Shown: positions 61,103 through 64,000 of the stretch, piece after piece
Layout of the letters: the number at the start of each line of letters is the position of its first letter
Numbering within the stretch: position 1 is the first letter of the stretch
DNA from: Verrucomicrobiales bacterium
GTDB taxonomy: Bacteria > Verrucomicrobiota > Verrucomicrobiia > Verrucomicrobiales > V1-33
Direction of reading: 5' to 3'
Length of the DNA stretch: 64,000 nt
Assembly: GCA_031411295.1 (NCBI GenBank)
Contig: JANOAV010000033.1
Span: 1 to 64,000, forward strand
The notes under the pieces: generated by a model
What the model saw: the letters and a program-made list of their open reading frames with translations, nothing else
Database searches by the model: none
What the model was told of the DNA's origin: nothing
Position numbers and translations under genes: made by a program

Positions 61103-61136
61103 GGCAAATAAAGAACTGGAGGTTTGTAAGGCGCGC

Positions 61137-61164
61137 ATCCTACACAGGCGTAGGCTTAGGGCAA
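61137..61164 (-). promoter_or_regulatory. Putative sigma70-type promoter of the peptide/peptidase pair
   Basis: On the minus strand TTGCCC-N16-TAGGAT, with TGTG just before the -10 box, preceded by an A tract and an AT-rich region. Confidence 0.5.
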
Positions 61165-61401
61165 GATTTTTTAGATAGTTCAGTCATTTTTTCTCAATGA
61201 TGAGAAGCTTGGGTTCATCTTCAAAGGCGGCACCCGAAATTTAACCATTTAAAACAATTCGTGTCCATGAATTTTTTACACATGAGGTGTTTACCTTGGA
61301 TCATCTCAGATTCGATCTGAGTGGCAGCTTTCATGCCTTATCCAGATAATGCTGTGGCGACCGAGCGTGTGCACGGTTGTCAGGTCGGTTATCCGGCCAG
61401 C

Positions 61402-62451
61402 TCACCCCCCAACCCGTGGCAGCGTTACGGTGAGCGTGGTCCAACCGTCTGGGGCGCTGTGGAAATTTACGGTGCCGTGATGGGACTCGACCACCCAGCG
61501 CACAATGTTCAGGCCCAAGCCAGTGCCTTCCGGGCTCTGGGCCTGGCCGTGGTTCCCCCGGAAGAAGCGCTCGAAGACTTTGGCTTGCTGCTCTGGGGGA
61601 AGTTGCATGGAGGTGTTCCCTATCGTTAGGACCACAGCTTCCTCAGCCTGTGCCAGCACGATGCGGAGCAAGCCCTTGGGCACGTTATACTTTACGGCGT
61701 TATCAATCAAGTTGAGGAGCAGTTGGCGCAGGCGCAGGGGATCTCCGTCCACGGTGAGCCCCGGGGAGATGGCTGTTTCCACGCGGATCTGGTTGAGGCT
61801 AGCCAGCGTCAGGGCATCATCCGTGGCATCTTCGACCAAGGAGGACAGGTTGACTGGTTTGATCTGAATTTCCACCAAGCCTGCGTCCGCCTTACTGAGA
61901 AATGTTAACTGATCCACGATCCGCGCCAGACGGTCAATTTCATCGACCAGATTCTCCAGCCATGGACGCTGTTGCTCAGCGATGGGCACCGCTCCGTTGA
62001 GGGCGGTCTCGATATCCGCCCGGATGATCGTCAGCGGCGTTTTCAGTTCGTGGGATGCTGCCAGGGTGAATTCCCGCACTTGAAGGAAGGAAGTTTGCAG
62101 TCGTTGCCGCATGTCGTTAAAGACCAGCGTCAGGCGGTCGAATTCATCGCCATTGCCGGAACGGGGGATGATTTCTGCGAGATTGTCCGCCTCCGTGCGA
62201 GCCGCCGCCTCAGTGATGGCTTGCAACTGGTCCAACGACCGACGGGAGAGCCACCAGCCGCCCCCCAGTGCCAGCAAGGCCATGGGCAGAGCCAGTCCCA
62301 AGGCAAAGATACCAATCTCCTTACTGCGTTCCGCATTGTAAATTTTATGATCCCGCAGGCGCAGTTCCCGGTAGGCATGCGCACTGATGATGCCGGTGCA
62401 CATGATCAAGGAAATGGTATACCAAATGCTGAGGCGTTTCCGAACGGTCAT
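61402..62451 (-). CDS. Sensor histidine kinase (2 TM, HAMP, HisKA, HATPase)
   Basis: ASHELKTPL, LLNLIDNAVKY, FERFFRG, GTGLGL, and HAMP DEF.RL...FN.M..RL. Confidence 0.93.
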   Translation of the reverse strand: MTVRKRLSIWYTISLIMCTGIISAHAYRELRLRDHKIYNAERSKEIGIFALGLALPMALLALGGGWWLSRRSLDQLQAITEAAARTEADNLAEIIPRSGNGDEFDRLTLVFNDMRQRLQTSFLQVREFTLAASHELKTPLTIIRADIETALNGAVPIAEQQRPWLENLVDEIDRLARIVDQLTFLSKADAGLVEIQIKPVNLSSLVEDATDDALTLASLNQIRVETAISPGLTVDGDPLRLRQLLLNLIDNAVKYNVPKGLLRIVLAQAEEAVVLTIGNTSMQLPPEQQAKVFERFFRGNHGQAQSPEGTGLGLNIVRWVVESHHGTVNFHSAPDGWTTLTVTLPRVGG

Positions 62452-62466
62452 GGCTGATACGGCAGG

Positions 62467-63180
62467 CTAGACCACAATGGAGTAACCGGTGCCGCGGACC
62501 GTTTCCAGAATGGGACGCTCCTCCGTATGCCCCAGCTTCTCCCGCAGCCGGCGGATGGTCACATCGACAATATTGGTGCCGGGGTCGAAATCATAGTCCC
62601 AGACTTTCTCCAGCAAGAGGGTGCGGCTGCAGACTTGGCCGGCCCGGCGCATGAGGCACTCCAGCAGGCGGTATTCACGTCCCGTCAATTCCACTTTGCG
62701 GCCATCACTGTCTGCGGTGCGGGTGTTGGTATCCAGCGAGAGATGGGCTGCCCGCAGCAGGATGGATTTGGCTTCCCCGCCCCGCCGCATCAGCGCCTGC
62801 AGGCGGGCGGTGAGTTCTTCCAGGGCGAAGGGCTTGGGCAAATAGTCATCCGCTCCGGCTTGCAGTCCTTCGACTCGCTCGCTCACATGACTCCGAGCCG
62901 ACAGCAGCAGGACGGGGACGGAATTCCCGCCGCTGCGCAATTGCCGCAGCACACTGAGTCCGTCCAACTGGGGCAGCATGATGTCCAAGACCACCGCATC
63001 GAAAGCCTCCTCGGAGGCAAGGCGCAGGCCGTCCAAACCGTTGTGGGCCAGGACTACTTCCATTTTATGTGACTCTAGAGAAGTCCGAATGAAATTGGCC
63101 ATTTTCTTCTCATCTTCGACGACCAAAATTCTCCCTCCGCTCCATCCTTTTACTTCGGTGGCAGATTCTGGTGCTTGCAT
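62467..63180 (-). CDS. OmpR-family response regulator
   Basis: ILVVEDE, LDIMLP.LDG, GADDYLPKPF, winged helix VDV.IRRLR.KL...TVRG.GY. Start placed at ATG 63180. Confidence 0.93.
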   Translation of the reverse strand: MQAPESATEVKGWSGGRILVVEDEKKMANFIRTSLESHKMEVVLAHNGLDGLRLASEEAFDAVVLDIMLPQLDGLSVLRQLRSGGNSVPVLLLSARSHVSERVEGLQAGADDYLPKPFALEELTARLQALMRRGGEAKSILLRAAHLSLDTNTRTADSDGRKVELTGREYRLLECLMRRAGQVCSRTLLLEKVWDYDFDPGTNIVDVTIRRLREKLGHTEERPILETVRGTGYSIVV

Positions 63181-63217
63181 GAGCCCTCCTCCGGTCTCAG
63201 ATTTCTTTTTTATCATC

Positions 63218-63988
63218 ATGCGTCACCTTATCCCCATCCTCGGTCTGCTCCAATGTCTTTTCTGCCATTTTTCATGGGGGGAGGAAAACTCCGCTTACCA
63301 GGCCGTGAGTGTCCAGCACGGCGGGCAGGAATACCACTACCGACTGCTGCGTCCCACCGCTGCGACGGGGAAATTTCCGCTCGTGGTGTTCCTCCATGGC
63401 GCGGGGGAACGCGGGACGGACAACCTGGCCCAATTGAAATTTCTACCGAAGGCGCTGGGAGGCGAACTCCGCCCGAAGTTCCCCTTCTTCGTGCTGGCTC
63501 CGCAATGCGCTCCTGGTCAGCAGTGGGTGAACGCACCCTGGGGGGACAAGCAGTGCACCCCCATGGCGGAAAAGCCTTCAGTAATGCTGGGAAATGCCAT
63601 CGCAGCCTTGGAACAGACGCGGAAAGACCCGCAGGTGGACCAGAGTCGGATTTATCTCACCGGGATCAGTATGGGTGGGTATGGCACGTGGGAGCTGGCC
63701 ATGCGGCATCCCAATTGGTTTGCGGCCGTGGTGCCGATCTGCGGCGGCGGGGATGAGGCCAAGGCGGCCGTGCTCAAGGATCTGCCGCTTTGGGTCTTTC
63801 ACGGTGGCGCGGACACGGTCGTGTGGCCGGAACGCTCCCAGCGGATGATCGATGCCATCTCTTCCGCTGGTGGGAAACCCCAATTCTCTCTCCTCCCCGG
63901 GGTCGGGCACAATTCCTGGGAGCCAGCCTATGCCCTCCCCAGCGGCTTGCTGGACTGGCTTTTTTCCCAGCGCCAGCAGGGAAAGTGA
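63218..63988 (+). CDS. Exported alpha/beta hydrolase (predicted peptidase / carboxylesterase)
   Basis: PLVVFLHGAGERG.DN, APQC, RIYLTGISMGGYG, FHGGAD..V, GVGHNSW. Signal peptide from MRHLIP. Confidence 0.9.
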   Translation: MRHLIPILGLLQCLFCHFSWGEENSAYQAVSVQHGGQEYHYRLLRPTAATGKFPLVVFLHGAGERGTDNLAQLKFLPKALGGELRPKFPFFVLAPQCAPGQQWVNAPWGDKQCTPMAEKPSVMLGNAIAALEQTRKDPQVDQSRIYLTGISMGGYGTWELAMRHPNWFAAVVPICGGGDEAKAAVLKDLPLWVFHGGADTVVWPERSQRMIDAISSAGGKPQFSLLPGVGHNSWEPAYALPSGLLDWLFSQRQQGK

Positions 63989-64000
63989 TCCCGGGCCGGT

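Overview
A 64 kb stretch of GC-rich bacterial chromosome, most likely Verrucomicrobiota (inferred from PEP-CTERM proteins, autotransporter-associated beta-strand repeats, DUF1501 and planctomycete cytochrome c/PSD1 genes, and mcsA-mcsB). I found no rRNA, tRNA, CRISPR array or intact transposase. It holds about 38 protein genes. Housekeeping or well-known genes: xseA, hisC, rimO, a copper P-type ATPase, an HtrA-type protease, mcsA/mcsB and a TolC-family protein. Also present: two ECF sigma/anti-sigma pairs, a two-component system, a Tm-1-like operon and several secreted PVC-typical proteins. Points worth a second look: (1) a two-gene unit with its own promoter encoding a small acidic peptide and an uncharacterised papain-like (Cys-His-Asp) enzyme at 59345-61164; (2) a putative anti-sigma factor that fuses a secretin-like TPR module to a YfbK-type vWA domain; (3) a TA-like pair containing a DUF6036-type nucleotidyltransferase; (4) a Ser/Thr kinase with 16 nucleotide-conserved WD40 repeats broken by a single AAA->TAA change; (5) a 137 bp MITE with terminal inverted repeats, an 11 bp flanking duplication and an internal REP doublet; (6) two genes (Uma2 and FGE-sulfatase family) that kept both ends but lost their middles; (7) several distinct GTAG/GTGG REP-like doublets. 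All family calls come from motif recognition by eye, not database searches.
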